From: Candidatus Omnitrophica bacterium UBA6215
GTDB taxonomy: Bacteria; Omnitrophota; Gorgyraeia; Pluralincolimonadales; Pluralincolimonadaceae
Reading direction: 5' to 3'
Assembly (NCBI GenBank): GCA_002421665.1
Contig: DISH01000007.1
Coordinates: forward strand, 17,278 to 81,277
DNA: 64,000 bases
Shown: in pieces, positions 38,467 to 49,191 of the stretch
Layout: every line of letters begins with the position of its first letter
Position numbering within the stretch: the first letter of the stretch is position 1
Made by a program: the position numbers and the translations under genes
The notes under the pieces: generated by a model
Database searches by the model: none
Seen by the model: the letters and a program-made list of their open reading frames with translations, nothing else
What the model was told of the DNA's origin: nothing

Positions 38467-39495
38467 TTAGAACCTGTAATACATCCCGAGGGAGGTTATC
38501 GAACCCGAGTATTTTTGGGCGGGATAATTGGACTTGTTCTGGCGGTAGGAATAATTCAAACCCAGGGTAGCGTTCTTCGTAATATCATAATAAAGGGATG
38601 CGCTGGTCACCCAGCCCCTGTCGTGTTCACGGGTCGTGGGATCATCCGGTATGGTCCTGCCCGAATAGTACCTGAACTGCCTGTAATACGACGCATAGGC
38701 GCTAAGCTTCTTGGTTATAAGGTATATCGCGGAAGCGCCCAGCTTGGTGGAATCATAATCATAATAATCCAGGTAACTGTCATTGGAGTCGTTCTTGAAG
38801 TATTCCCCGAACACCTTGAACATGGATTTCTTCATATACATGCCCAGGCTGTAATCCAGGGTGTTCCTCCTGTCTACCCTGTCATAATCAGAGAACCCGC
38901 CCCAACCGTTGAAGGCTTTTCTGTCGGAGAAATTCTTGTAATAATACTGATATTCGAAGGCGTGGAAGAAATTGTTGGGCAGCTTTTGCTTGATGACGAT
39001 GCCGGCCTTATCGCCGACATATTCGCCGTTATCGTTCTTCTGGTACTCCATCATCTCTATGTCATTATACGCGTTCACGGTTATGCCGCCGAAGAGCCTT
39101 CCCTCGAATCCTATTTTCAGGTCCGTATCTATAAGGCTGGCTGAAGTCGCCTCCCAGTAAGTTATGTCGTGGGTGGAAGCTTCAAAAAAGAAATCCCACC
39201 TGCCGTTCATGGGATATGATATGCTTCCGTCGATTATGAATTCCGAGAATGTGTCGGCTTTTCTCTGGGGATCCAGGAAAACGTTGTCGTCATACCCTTG
39301 CGCGGCGGATACCAGCAGCTTGGTCTTGTACCTCTTGTGCTCGCGGAGGGTCTCAACTTTTTTATATGACCTCTCTTCGGCCCTGCCGAGGAACTTTTCG
39401 GTCGTCTCTTCTTCCTTCATATCCGCTGCGCCGGCAAAACCGCCGAAGAATGCCATAGCGACAAACACAGCCGCAACAAAGTTGAGTTTTTTCAT
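38467..39495 (-). CDS. Putative outer-membrane beta-barrel protein (uncharacterised)
   Basis: Signal peptide (MKKLNFVAAVFVAMAFFGGFAGA), alternating amphipathic beta-strand pattern, C-terminal ...YYRF. Confidence 0.45.
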   Translation of the reverse strand: MKKLNFVAAVFVAMAFFGGFAGAADMKEEETTEKFLGRAEERSYKKVETLREHKRYKTKLLVSAAQGYDDNVFLDPQRKADTFSEFIIDGSISYPMNGRWDFFFEASTHDITYWEATSASLIDTDLKIGFEGRLFGGITVNAYNDIEMMEYQKNDNGEYVGDKAGIVIKQKLPNNFFHAFEYQYYYKNFSDRKAFNGWGGFSDYDRVDRRNTLDYSLGMYMKKSMFKVFGEYFKNDSNDSYLDYYDYDSTKLGASAIYLITKKLSAYASYYRQFRYYSGRTIPDDPTTREHDRGWVTSASLYYDITKNATLGLNYSYRQNKSNYPAQKYSGSITSLGMYYRF

Positions 39496-39516
39496 AAGAT
39501 GCGATCCCATCATACG

Positions 39517-40386
39517 TTACGGGCCTGAAGGGGGCGTGTAATGCGTTACCCCGTGCGAATTATCGGAAGGGCATACACCGCCTTCCAGCCTGTTGTCATC
39601 AGCCACCCGGTCTTCCACCTTCCTTATATCTTCCGTTTCGAAGACCTGCTCCTTAAAATCTTCCTGCCTGTCAACGGCATCCTGCAGCTCCTGCAAATTC
39701 CCGAATTGTCCGGACCTGTCGGAAGAAGAGGACTTACCGCGCTCTAAATGTTCATTAAGTTCACCGCGCCAGCTGCTCCAGTCTCCCAAGTCCTTCTTAG
39801 TCAACTCTATCAATTCTCCGGGGGCCTGGAACCTGTCGATGAATACCTCCCATCCTTCCCTTACGTATATCTCCTTGATGAGCTTTCCCTGCTGGTCATA
39901 GGATTGGACGAATATCTCGTCCTCAAAAGCCTTGACGTTGTCCTTATTGTCGCGGACGATCACATCCCATCCGCTGCCTCTGGCCCCGGCTACGATCGTC
40001 GGCGTCTTTATGTCGAACGAGGCCTCTTTCTTAAGGCTCTTTACCAGCGAACGTATCCTTCCCTGGGGGAGTTCTATCCTGTTAAGGGATTTCCCCCGCA
40101 ATATTGCCGTAGAGCTCTCTTCCAGCCGGATAACGTTCTTGCCGTCCTTATCGAAAGATATCTCTATGGCAGACTCTTTCCCTGTCCTGGCGGAATCTCC
40201 GTCGGAAAGCGTCATGCCTTCCTTCGCCGGGTCCCAGGAAACCTTGCCAGACTTCTGGATATTCACGTCCCCTTCGACAAAGATGACCTTTGCCGTCTTT
40301 TCCGTATCCTTGGCCGCAAAAAGCAAACCTTGGAATATGAACCCTGCGGCGATCACGAGAAAAAATACCGCGAAAAATCTTTTCAT
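39517..40386 (-). CDS. Secreted FecR-domain-like protein (hypothetical)
   Basis: 289 aa with signal peptide and a FecR-like beta-sandwich pattern (VIFVEGDVNIQKSG...). Weak assignment. Confidence 0.35.
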   Translation of the reverse strand: MKRFFAVFFLVIAAGFIFQGLLFAAKDTEKTAKVIFVEGDVNIQKSGKVSWDPAKEGMTLSDGDSARTGKESAIEISFDKDGKNVIRLEESSTAILRGKSLNRIELPQGRIRSLVKSLKKEASFDIKTPTIVAGARGSGWDVIVRDNKDNVKAFEDEIFVQSYDQQGKLIKEIYVREGWEVFIDRFQAPGELIELTKKDLGDWSSWRGELNEHLERGKSSSSDRSGQFGNLQELQDAVDRQEDFKEQVFETEDIRKVEDRVADDNRLEGGVCPSDNSHGVTHYTPPSGP

Positions 40387-40401
40387 CTCTCCTTTTGCTC
40401 C

Positions 40402-41133
40402 TTATCGGGTGCCGAAATTAGTCTTACTGCCTTCCCTGCGGGCGTCCGACACGTCCTCTTTCTGCCCGGAGGGCCTGCTCCCGGAGGGACCGTCGTCCTT
40501 GTTCTCCTTGCTCTTTATCAGGAGTTTCCACGGGTGGCGTTTTACATCGTCGCTGAACTCCTTGAGGTTCTCGGAAGAATCCTTCAGGTTCACCATCACG
40601 GCCCTTATGTCGTCCTTATTGTCTACAAGCACGCCGTCCGCGTCATTCATCAGCTTCTGGAGGTCCTGCATCGCCGAGTCGAGCCTGGCGGCAAGGGTCT
40701 TACCCATCTCTATAAGCTCTTCCATCTCAAAAGGATCTATACCCGTTATAGTAGAGCCTTTTGCCACGAACGGCGACCCTTTGGACCCGCCGGTTATCTC
40801 TATATACTTCTCGCCTATAAGACCCGTGGTGCTTATCCTTATCTTGGAGTCCTGTCTTACCTTTGCATCACCGCTCAATATGAGGCTCACGAGGACCTTG
40901 GTCTCGTCATCTTTATAGGTATGGCTGACCTTTTCCACTTCTCCGATTTCCACGCCCGCCAGCTTCACCGGGGCTTTATCCTCGAGCCCGCTGACATAAT
41001 CGAATATTACGTTCAGCTTATAGTCGTCCTTCCCTTTTTTTATCCCTCCCATCGAAGTAAATATGTAAAGAAAAACCAACGCCGCGGCGACGACCACTAC
41101 CCCGGTCTTTGTTTCATTATTGATATTGATCAT
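40402..41133 (-). CDS. mlaD: MlaD (Mce-domain) phospholipid ABC transporter substrate-binding component
   Basis: 243 aa with N-terminal TM and an Mce domain (...VKLAGVEIGEVEKV...). Confidence 0.8.
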   Translation of the reverse strand: MININNETKTGVVVVAAALVFLYIFTSMGGIKKGKDDYKLNVIFDYVSGLEDKAPVKLAGVEIGEVEKVSHTYKDDETKVLVSLILSGDAKVRQDSKIRISTTGLIGEKYIEITGGSKGSPFVAKGSTITGIDPFEMEELIEMGKTLAARLDSAMQDLQKLMNDADGVLVDNKDDIRAVMVNLKDSSENLKEFSDDVKRHPWKLLIKSKENKDDGPSGSRPSGQKEDVSDARREGSKTNFGTR

Positions 41134-41145
41134 ACGTGACTCCTT

Positions 41146-41949
41146 TTATTTTGTAAGCTCTTCCAGATAACCTTCGTCCGGCGCAAAGAACTGCATCGGC
41201 CCCTCTATGGTACCGTTTATAAACTGTTGTATATATTCATTCTTTGAGTTCTTTATCTCTTCCTTGGTACCTATCTGCAGCACCTTGCCCTTATAGAGCA
41301 TGACTATCCTGTCGGCTATCCTGAAGACGGAATTCATATCATGGGTCACGACGACGGACGTAATAGATAACGCGGAACCGAGGTCAAGGATCAATTTGTC
41401 CACGACGGCTGTGACCACGGGATCGAGTCCCGCGGAAGGCTCATCGTAAAATATTATCTCCGGATCAAGGGCTATCGCACGGGCAAGGCCGACGCGTTTC
41501 TTCATGCCGCCCGAGAGCTGCGACGGCATGAGGTGCCCGAAACCGCGCAGGCCGACCTGGTTCAGTTTCATCTTTACCATTATCTTGATGATATGGTCGT
41601 CGAGCTTGGTATGCTCTTTCATCGGCAGGGCAATGTTCTCCTCCACCGTCAATGAATCGAACAGCGCGGCAGACTGGAAAAGCATGCCGAACCTTTTCCT
41701 GACGCAGTCCATCTTGTCCTCGTTCGCGCGGGTGATATCCTGCCCGAAGAGGGATACCCTTCCCTTGTCCGGCTTCAACTGCCCGATGATATGGCGCAGG
41801 AGCGTTGACTTGCCGCATCCGGAGCCTCCGACAATGACAAGCGTCTCGCTCTTATAGACCTCGAGATTGATACCGTCGAGGACCTTACGGCCGTCGAAAT
41901 TCTTCTCGAGATTCTCTACTTTTATTACGGTTTCTCTTTTTTCGGTCAT
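41146..41949 (-). CDS. mlaF: MlaF ABC transporter ATP-binding protein
   Basis: Walker A GGSGCGKST, signature LSGGMKKRV, Walker B IIFYDEP. Confidence 0.9.
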   Translation of the reverse strand: MTEKRETVIKVENLEKNFDGRKVLDGINLEVYKSETLVIVGGSGCGKSTLLRHIIGQLKPDKGRVSLFGQDITRANEDKMDCVRKRFGMLFQSAALFDSLTVEENIALPMKEHTKLDDHIIKIMVKMKLNQVGLRGFGHLMPSQLSGGMKKRVGLARAIALDPEIIFYDEPSAGLDPVVTAVVDKLILDLGSALSITSVVVTHDMNSVFRIADRIVMLYKGKVLQIGTKEEIKNSKNEYIQQFINGTIEGPMQFFAPDEGYLEELTK

Positions 41950-41961
41950 GGCATTATACCG

Positions 41962-42756
41962 CTATACGTTCGAGAAATAGAATATACCGGTCAAAACGGC
42001 GTCGGCCAGTATTATAAGGATGAAACTGATGACGACGCTCATGGTCGTCGAGCGTCCGACGCCTTCGGCGCCGCCCTTTGTATTGAGGCCCTCATAACAT
42101 CCTATAAGGGCTATTATCATCCCGAATACAACACTCTTGAGCAGACCGGTCATGACGTCTTTCATGACCAGGAATTCAAAATTTGTCTTTATGTACAGGC
42201 CGGGGTTTATCTTGAGATTGTATACGCCCACTATATAACCGCCGATCATGCCTATGAGGTCTCCCATGATCGTAAGCGCGGGAAGCATGACTATCAGGGC
42301 GAGAAAACGGGGGACTACCAGGAACCTTATGGGGTTAAGCGCCATCGTCTCAAGCGCCTCTATCTGCTCGGTGACCTTCATTGTACCCAACTCCGCGGCT
42401 ATTGCGGAACCGACACGCCCGGCTACCACAAGCGCTATAAGGATAGGCCCGATCTCGCGGCACATCGAGACGCTTATGAGAGCGGCCACGAACTTGACCG
42501 CCCCGAGTTGGTTGAGCTGGTAGGCGCCCTGCATGGCAAGGACCATGCCGATAAAAAGCGCGACGAAAAATACGATAAGCAAAGATTGCACGCCCGCGAA
42601 GACCATCTGGGCGAATATATAACGCCTTCCGATGAATTTACCCCTGAATGGGGCAAAAAAAAGCCAATACAACGTGTTGAAAAACAGCTCAAATACGTCC
42701 CATATCGCCGCGCCCGCGTTAAGGGTCATCCTACCTATGGACTGAAATATACTCAT
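41962..42756 (-). CDS. mlaE: MlaE ABC transporter permease
   Basis: 264 aa with 5-6 TM helices, MlaE/YrbE family pattern. Confidence 0.85.
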   Translation of the reverse strand: MSIFQSIGRMTLNAGAAIWDVFELFFNTLYWLFFAPFRGKFIGRRYIFAQMVFAGVQSLLIVFFVALFIGMVLAMQGAYQLNQLGAVKFVAALISVSMCREIGPILIALVVAGRVGSAIAAELGTMKVTEQIEALETMALNPIRFLVVPRFLALIVMLPALTIMGDLIGMIGGYIVGVYNLKINPGLYIKTNFEFLVMKDVMTGLLKSVVFGMIIALIGCYEGLNTKGGAEGVGRSTTMSVVISFILIILADAVLTGIFYFSNV

Positions 42757-42774
42757 CTGCCGCCTCGCGTTGTC

Positions 42775-43107
42775 CTAGAACGATTTGACCGCGTCTTCTT
42801 CGTTCGGCTGGATATCAAAAAGCTTCTCCAGCTTGGTTATCTCGAACAGACCTTTTACTTTAGGGGAAAGATTAGTGAGCTTTAATTTGCCGCCCGCGCT
42901 CTTTATCTTCTGATGGGCTTCAACCAGTGTCGCAAGCCCGGAAGAATCCACATAGGCGACATTCAAGAGGTTGACCACAACTTTAAGGTTCTTCGAATCG
43001 AGCACTTTCAGGAAGGACTTCCTGAATTCCGGGGAAGAGTTGAAATTTATCTCTCCGTCAACCGTCAAAACTACGACATCACCCGACTGTTTTTCTTTGA
43101 TCACCAT
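42775..43107 (-). CDS. STAS-domain anti-sigma-factor antagonist (SpoIIAA/MlaB-like)
   Basis: 110 aa with phosphorylatable Ser motif YVDSSGLATLV. Confidence 0.8.
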   Translation of the reverse strand: MVIKEKQSGDVVVLTVDGEINFNSSPEFRKSFLKVLDSKNLKVVVNLLNVAYVDSSGLATLVEAHQKIKSAGGKLKLTNLSPKVKGLFEITKLEKLFDIQPNEEDAVKSF

Positions 43108-43519
43108 TGGGTTTTCCTCCAGTAATGGATTTTATCATCTTTATCTCATTTCCGCTATCATTAAATTCAACTTTATCCATCAGGTTCTTTATAAGAAAGA
43201 GCCCTCTCCCGCCGTGTTTGAGTATATTCTCTTCGGAGCGCGGGTCAGGGACGGTGTCGAATTTAAAACCCTTGCCTTTGTCCCTTACTATGACCTCCAG
43301 GTTCCCGTCTGAAATGAGGTATTCGATAACCACGGGAAGCCCGCTGTCAAGTTTGTTACCGTATTTTATCGCGTTGATCACGGCCTCTTCCAGGCAAAGC
43401 CTCAGGTCGAAAAGGGACTCTTTTGAGAACTCCATTCCTTCCAGGAAATCGGCAAGTTTTGTTGATGCGGTCTTTATATGCTTGGGATCACTCGGTATCT
43501 CGAATCTCATGCGCTTCAT
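43079..43519 (-). CDS. Anti-sigma regulatory factor Ser/Thr kinase (SpoIIAB/RsbW-like, HATPase_c)
   Basis: 146 aa with N-box ([11 protein letters not shown]), G-boxes (DKGKGF, HGGRGL). Confidence 0.7.
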   Translation of the reverse strand: MKRMRFEIPSDPKHIKTASTKLADFLEGMEFSKESLFDLRLCLEEAVINAIKYGNKLDSGLPVVIEYLISDGNLEVIVRDKGKGFKFDTVPDPRSEENILKHGGRGLFLIKNLMDKVEFNDSGNEIKMIKSITGGKPNGDQRKTVG

Positions 43520-44475
43520 TCGGTCGAAAAAGCTCCTATCTTCCTGTATTTTTCGTACCTGGCTTCCAGGAGGTCATCAGGAGCGGCCTCTGAAAGTTCT
43601 TTCAAATGTTTCTTCACAGACTCCTTGATAGAAGCGGCCATCTTCTGGGGATCGCGATGCGCACCGCCAAGCGGCTCAGCCACAACTTCATCTATGAGCC
43701 CGAGTTCCAGGAGTTCCTGGCCCGTGAGCTTAAGGGCTTTGGCGGCATCAGGAGCCCTTGTCCTGTCCTTCCACAGGATCGCCGCGCAGCCTTCCGGAGA
43801 TATAACCGAGTAATACGCATTTTCAAGTACACAAATCCTGTCGCCGATACCTACACCCAGCGCACCGCCAGAACCGCCTTCTCCAATAACGTAGCAGACT
43901 ATAGGCACCCTGATCCTGGCCATCTCCATCAGGTTAAGGGCAATGGCCTCAGCCTGCCCTCTCTCTTCGGCTCCTATACCGGGATATGCCCCGGGGGTAT
44001 CTATGAAAACTACTATGGGGAGCTTGAACTTTTCGCCCATCTTCATTACCCTCATGGCTTTCCTGTAACCTTCGGGATGCGCGGAACCGAAATTCCTCAT
44101 AAGGTTCTCTTTTGTATCGCGACCCTTTTGGTGTCCCATGACCACGACTTTGGTATCGTCTATCCTGGCAAAACCGCAGATGAGCGCCTTATCGTCCCCG
44201 AACACCCTGTCCCCATGCACCTCGGTAAAATCTGCCATCATAAGGCTTATATAATCCAGGGTATAAGGCCTCTTTGGATGCCGCGCTATCTGGACCCTCT
44301 GCCAGGGGGTAAGCGACTCGAAGACCTCATGCTTGACTTTGTCAAGCTTGTCTTCCAGCTTCTTTATCTCGGATGAGAGGTCGATATTCTCGGAAGAAGT
44401 GAATTTCTTGAGCTCTTCGATCTTGCGCTCAAGTTCCAGGATGGGTTTCTCGAAATCCAGACCGGTTCCGTTCAT
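43516..44475 (-). CDS. accA: Acetyl-CoA carboxylase carboxyltransferase alpha subunit
   Basis: 319 aa AccA signature. Confidence 0.9.
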   Translation of the reverse strand: MNGTGLDFEKPILELERKIEELKKFTSSENIDLSSEIKKLEDKLDKVKHEVFESLTPWQRVQIARHPKRPYTLDYISLMMADFTEVHGDRVFGDDKALICGFARIDDTKVVVMGHQKGRDTKENLMRNFGSAHPEGYRKAMRVMKMGEKFKLPIVVFIDTPGAYPGIGAEERGQAEAIALNLMEMARIRVPIVCYVIGEGGSGGALGVGIGDRICVLENAYYSVISPEGCAAILWKDRTRAPDAAKALKLTGQELLELGLIDEVVAEPLGGAHRDPQKMAASIKESVKKHLKELSEAAPDDLLEARYEKYRKIGAFSTE

Positions 44476-44485
44476 ATTATGGGCT

Positions 44486-45388
44486 TCAGTCCACTATTGT
44501 GACTTCCGTGCCTTCGGGAAGGATATCATAAAGCTCCTCGACTTCGGGATTCCGCATCCTGACGCACCCGGCAGTAGCCTGTTTCCCTAAGGAACCGGGA
44601 TCGGTAGTTCCGTGTATGCCGTAGCCTTCCTTGTCAAAACCCATCCAGCGGGTCCCAAGTATGTTCTCCGGTGAAGTAGGGGGTATGGCCTTCCCGTCCT
44701 TGTACCAGACCGGATCGACAAGTTTCGTGGTTATCCTGAACGTCCCGACGGGGGTGCAGTTATTTGTCCCCGTCGATACCTTATATGTCTTTATGACATC
44801 ATCGTTCTGTTTGAGCATAAGCAGGTTCTGGGACTTATCCACGACCACGCTGAACCTGACCGTTACGACCTTAAGCCTCTGGCCCAGCCTTATCGTGTTG
44901 CCAGATATATTATTAGATCTCCTTAATAATTCTACCGTAGTGCCGAACACCTTGGCTATTTTGACCAGCGAATCGCCGGCCTGCACCGTATACTCCTTGC
45001 TGCAGCTATCCACATAGGGCGAGAAGAGTATCTCCATGTTCAACTCTTCTATCTTAGGCCCGGCATCCTTGACTATATCGGCATCGGGATATGACTCAAA
45101 GGCTTTTTTATAAGAATCGCGCGCGTCGACAAGCTTTCCCTGTTTCTCGTAAATGGCACCGAGCACAATAAGCGCCTCTCCGGCCTTCTTGCTCTCGGGA
45201 TATTCCGCCACGACTTTTTCAAGTTCTTTTATGGCCTCATCGGCCTTGCCGTCCTTATCAAGAGACCTGGCGCTGTTTATCAGGCCGGATTCCTTAGACC
45301 CTATGGATAACTTGGGCAGGACGAACACAGCCAGTGCTATCGCTATGATTATAACGATTGCGATCGGGATATAAGTCCTGAATTTCAT
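44486..45388 (-). CDS. L,D-transpeptidase (YkuD) with TPR-like and LysM domains
   Basis: LysM ([17 protein letters not shown]...). Catalytic HGT...GCVRM motif at C-terminus. Confidence 0.8.
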   Translation of the reverse strand: MKFRTYIPIAIVIIIAIALAVFVLPKLSIGSKESGLINSARSLDKDGKADEAIKELEKVVAEYPESKKAGEALIVLGAIYEKQGKLVDARDSYKKAFESYPDADIVKDAGPKIEELNMEILFSPYVDSCSKEYTVQAGDSLVKIAKVFGTTVELLRRSNNISGNTIRLGQRLKVVTVRFSVVVDKSQNLLMLKQNDDVIKTYKVSTGTNNCTPVGTFRITTKLVDPVWYKDGKAIPPTSPENILGTRWMGFDKEGYGIHGTTDPGSLGKQATAGCVRMRNPEVEELYDILPEGTEVTIVD

Positions 45389-45407
45389 CTTTTAACGCTT
45401 CCCCTTT

Positions 45408-45857
45408 CTATACCATCACGAGTGTAGCTATTACTATCCCCAAAAAGGAACCGACAAATACCTCAAAAGGCGTATGCCCTATAAGTTCCTTAAGCCTGTC
45501 TTCCTGTATCTTCCTTCTCCAATATATGTCGTCCATTATCTTGTTCAGTATCTCGGCCTGCTGGCCTGTTGCGCGCCTTACGCCCTGTGCGTCAAAAGCT
45601 ATAACCATGGCAAACACCAGCGTAGCGATAAAAATGGTCGAACCAAAGCCTTCCTGTATGCCCACTGAGGTCGCCAAAGCCATGGCCCCTGCCGAGTGGG
45701 CGCTTGGCATTCCGCCGGTACCGACAACCCACCTGAAGTTGAACTTCTTCTCTTTTATGGTATTTATTATTATCTTCAACGCCTGCGCGGTGATCCAGCT
45801 AAGGACGGTGGAAATAAAGACCTTGTTCTGGAATAAAGCGAGTAATGAGTTATCCAT
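45408..45857 (-). CDS. Divergent PAP2-family membrane protein (DUF212)
   Basis: 149 aa, ...GGMPSAHSA... motif. Confidence 0.7.
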   Translation of the reverse strand: MDNSLLALFQNKVFISTVLSWITAQALKIIINTIKEKKFNFRWVVGTGGMPSAHSAGAMALATSVGIQEGFGSTIFIATLVFAMVIAFDAQGVRRATGQQAEILNKIMDDIYWRRKIQEDRLKELIGHTPFEVFVGSFLGIVIATLVMV

Positions 45858-45902
45858 TTGCCGAATATTATACTATATTTTACCCTTGTTGGATATCACT
45901 TT

Positions 45903-46463
45903 TTAGGACGAATGCATAAGGGCAAGGGCTTCGGCGCGCGTCTTCTCGTTCTCCCTGAAGACCCCCCTTACGGCACTTGTAACGGTAGATATGCCCGGCT
46001 TCTTCAAGCCCCTCATTGACATGCATAGATGTTCGGCCTCTATGACAACCATGCACCCGCGCGGTTTCAATACCTTCATTATAACCTCGGCGATCTGCGT
46101 GGTCAATCTTTCCTGGACCTGCGGTCTCTTCGCAAGTATATCTATAGCCCTTCCCAGTTTGCTCAAACCGGTAACCCTTCCCTCCCTGGGTATATAGGCT
46201 ATATGCGCCCTTCCCAGGAACGGCAGAAGATGGTGCTCACAAACCGAATACAAAGGTATGCCTTTTAACAATATTATCTCCTCATGTTTCTGGTCGAGAA
46301 CCACCTCGAGTTCTTTAGCGGGGTTCTCCTTTATCCCTGAAAATATCTCCTCGTACATCTCGGCTACCCTGCGCGGGGTCTCCAGCAGGTCCTTCCGTTT
46401 AGGGTCTTCTCCGACCGCTTCCAATATCATATACACTGCCTTCATTATCTTCTTTTTGTCCAT
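45903..46463 (-). CDS. folE: GTP cyclohydrolase I
   Basis: 186 aa, ...[10 protein letters not shown]... motif. Confidence 0.9.
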   Translation of the reverse strand: MDKKKIMKAVYMILEAVGEDPKRKDLLETPRRVAEMYEEIFSGIKENPAKELEVVLDQKHEEIILLKGIPLYSVCEHHLLPFLGRAHIAYIPREGRVTGLSKLGRAIDILAKRPQVQERLTTQIAEVIMKVLKPRGCMVVIEAEHLCMSMRGLKKPGISTVTSAVRGVFRENEKTRAEALALMHSS

Positions 46464-46475
46464 CTATGCTCTCCT

Positions 46476-47828
46476 CTATTTTCCTATACAGAAACTCGAG
46501 AAGACCCTGTCGAGGATATCCTCGTCGAAAGTCTCTCCCGCTATTTCACTTATATGGTCAAGGCATTCCCTTATGTCGACCGCCGCCAACTCGGCGGATT
46601 GCCCTCCTTCAACGGCCCCCAGGGCCCTGCTTGCCGCTTCTGCGGCCTGCCTGCAAGCCTCTTTCTGCCTGAGGTTAGAGATCGCGCAGCCCTCTTGTCC
46701 GATTACGGCGCCTCCGAAGACGGCCTCGGCCATGGCAGTCCTCAACTTATCTATAGCATAACCTTTTTTGGCGGAAACCTCAACAGTTCCCGGGGCCTTG
46801 AAATCTATCTTGCGGGGTAAGTCCGACTTATTGATCACTATTATGCGCGGCCTGCCTTCCGTATCCTTGAGCAATGCGGTGTCTTCGCCGCTAAGCGGTA
46901 CTCCCGCATCCAGCACAAGCATTACCAGAGAAGCATTCTTGATATGCTCGCGGCTTCTTATGATCCCCTGCTTCTCCACGATATCCGCGCTGGAGGTTAT
47001 TCCCGCAGTATCGATAAGCCTGAAAGGTATTCCTTCGATATCTGCATATTCCTCTATAGAATCCCTTGTGGTACCCGGCACATGGGTCACTATAGCCCTC
47101 TCTTTTTTCAGGAGGGCGTTGAGCAGGCTGGATTTTCCGACGTTCGGTTTCCCGCATATTACGCAGGAAACCCCTTCGCGCATTATTATACCTTTATTGG
47201 CGCTGTCGGCCAGTTTTTTAAGGGAAAAAAGGACGGATCCAAGCCTTTCTTTCGTGCAGGCCTCGGATATTATCTCGAGGTCCTCCTCGGGAAAGTCAAC
47301 GGACGCCTCTACTCCCGCCAATATGGATATTACCTCGTCTTTTATGCCCTTGACCGCGGCAGAAAGCCCTCCATCAAGCCGTTCCAGGGCCATGGCCATA
47401 GAACTGTCCGTCTTCGATCTTATGATGTCAAGAACGGCCTCGGCCTGGGCAAGGTCTATCCTCCCATTGATGAAAGCGCGCCTGGTGAACTCTCCGGGTT
47501 CGGCAAGCCTGGCGCCGGCCCTCAAAGCTCCGGAAAGGACTTTCCTGAGCGGCACCACTCCCCCGTGACAGCTTATCTCTGCCATGTCCTCTTTCGTGTA
47601 GCTCTTCGGTGCCCGCATTACCGCCAGCAGGGCTTCGTCTACATCCAAATCACCGTCCATGACCCGGCCGTAATGAATGGTAAATGACTTGAAAGTAGAA
47701 GGCGCTTTCCCCGTCTTGGACCTGAAAATCCTGCCGGCGATCTCAAGGCAGCGGTTTCCGCTCAAGCGGACGATACCTATAGCGGATTCTCCGATGGGGG
47801 TGGATATAGCCGCTATAGTGTCTTCCAT
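46476..47828 (-). CDS. mnmE: tRNA modification GTPase MnmE
   Basis: Start at internal Met (MEDTIAAISTP...), G-domain GKPNVGKSSLLN, C-terminal CIGK. Confidence 0.9.
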   Translation of the reverse strand: MEDTIAAISTPIGESAIGIVRLSGNRCLEIAGRIFRSKTGKAPSTFKSFTIHYGRVMDGDLDVDEALLAVMRAPKSYTKEDMAEISCHGGVVPLRKVLSGALRAGARLAEPGEFTRRAFINGRIDLAQAEAVLDIIRSKTDSSMAMALERLDGGLSAAVKGIKDEVISILAGVEASVDFPEEDLEIISEACTKERLGSVLFSLKKLADSANKGIIMREGVSCVICGKPNVGKSSLLNALLKKERAIVTHVPGTTRDSIEEYADIEGIPFRLIDTAGITSSADIVEKQGIIRSREHIKNASLVMLVLDAGVPLSGEDTALLKDTEGRPRIIVINKSDLPRKIDFKAPGTVEVSAKKGYAIDKLRTAMAEAVFGGAVIGQEGCAISNLRQKEACRQAAEAASRALGAVEGGQSAELAAVDIRECLDHISEIAGETFDEDILDRVFSSFCIGK

Positions 47829-47835
47829 ATCTATT

Positions 47836-49188
47836 TTATGCTGTTTGTTCATAATTGCCGGCCTTTTTCCCAAGGTAGTCAAGCGCTTCCCCGACTACGA
47901 ACAGCGAGCCGGTCACCAGGACCATGTCGGAAGGCCCGGCCTCCCTCAGGGCCAGCTCTACGGCTTCTTTGACATTAAAAGTCGATACATATTTATCTGC
48001 GTAGCCGGGAACGTCCGCCTTGACCTTTTCGGGCGGGATAGCACGCGGTGTAGCTGCAGTCGTAAGGAATATACTGTCGGCTATCGGGAACAGGTTCGCC
48101 GATATCCCGGCTATGTCCTTGCCCGAAGAGACCCCGAAGACCATCAACAGTCTTTTATACTTGAATATCTCTTTTACGGAATCGCGCAAGGCTTTCGCTG
48201 AAGCCTCGTTCTGCGCGCCATCGAGAACCACCAGGGGCGAGTTCCCGAATACCTGAAGTCTTCCCGGCCACCTGACATTTTGGACGCCTTTGGCTATATC
48301 GCGCGAGGAGACGGTCATACCCTTATCTGCAAGGGACTCAATTATGCCTATAGCGGTCGCGGCATTCGCCGCCTGATGCCTGCCGAGCAACGGTGTCCTG
48401 AGCATCGGGTAGTCTCCTGACAGGCCCCGGACATTGAAAGTCTGGCCATGCTCGTCAAATTCCACGATCTCATATGATATATCCCTGCCAACCGCATACA
48501 GTTTAGCGTTCTTGGCGGAAGCCGCACCGGTTATGCACGACATAACGGCGGGGTCCTGCTGTGCGGTAACAACGGTACAACCGTCCTTAATGATCCCGCA
48601 TTTCTCTTTTGATATCGCTTCCAGGGTCTTGCCGAGCTTGTCGGTGTGGTCAAAACTTATAGGGGTTATGCCTATGGCCAGGGGGTCTACTATATTCGTT
48701 GCATCAAGCCTTCCGCCCATCCCTACCTCCACTACCGCCACTTCTACCTTTTTTATCCCGAAGAACAGTAATGCCAGGGCCGTGTAGACCTCAAAAAACG
48801 ACGGCGGGCCGAACTTTGAGGATTTCGAGAAGTTATCCACGAACAGTTTTATCCTGCCGACAAGGGCGGCTATCTCCTGCTCGTTTATCGCCCTGTCCCT
48901 GGGGAACGATACTCTTATGCGCTCGCTGAAATTTATAAGGTGCGGGGATGTATATAATCCCGCTTTCACCCCGCTTTCCTTTAGGATTGAATAAATAAAG
49001 GCACAGGTGGATCCTTTGCCTTTTGTGCCGGCGACATGTATGGTCTTGAAATTTTTCTGCGGGTTACCGAGGCCGTCGAGCAGGGCGCGAACCCTGCTTA
49101 ATTTCATCGCGCCCTGGTAATTGAAATCCGAGTTCTTTTCATAATCAATGAAGGATTCGAGGTATCGTATCGCTTCCTGATACGTCAT
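47836..49188 (-). CDS. folC: Folylpolyglutamate synthase / dihydrofolate synthase
   Basis: 450 aa Mur-ligase-family FolC (HVAGTKGKGST). Confidence 0.85.
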   Translation of the reverse strand: MTYQEAIRYLESFIDYEKNSDFNYQGAMKLSRVRALLDGLGNPQKNFKTIHVAGTKGKGSTCAFIYSILKESGVKAGLYTSPHLINFSERIRVSFPRDRAINEQEIAALVGRIKLFVDNFSKSSKFGPPSFFEVYTALALLFFGIKKVEVAVVEVGMGGRLDATNIVDPLAIGITPISFDHTDKLGKTLEAISKEKCGIIKDGCTVVTAQQDPAVMSCITGAASAKNAKLYAVGRDISYEIVEFDEHGQTFNVRGLSGDYPMLRTPLLGRHQAANAATAIGIIESLADKGMTVSSRDIAKGVQNVRWPGRLQVFGNSPLVVLDGAQNEASAKALRDSVKEIFKYKRLLMVFGVSSGKDIAGISANLFPIADSIFLTTAATPRAIPPEKVKADVPGYADKYVSTFNVKEAVELALREAGPSDMVLVTGSLFVVGEALDYLGKKAGNYEQTA

Positions 49189-49191
49189 TGA

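Noticed and set aside
39748-41139. 463-aa plus-strand ORF (and 38455..39144, 39932..40918) overlapping the OMP/FecR-like/mlaD genes
   Set aside because: Antisense to the homology-supported MlaD and neighbouring genes. Composition is Leu/Pro/Arg/Gly-rich with no motifs. Product of high GC third-position bias.
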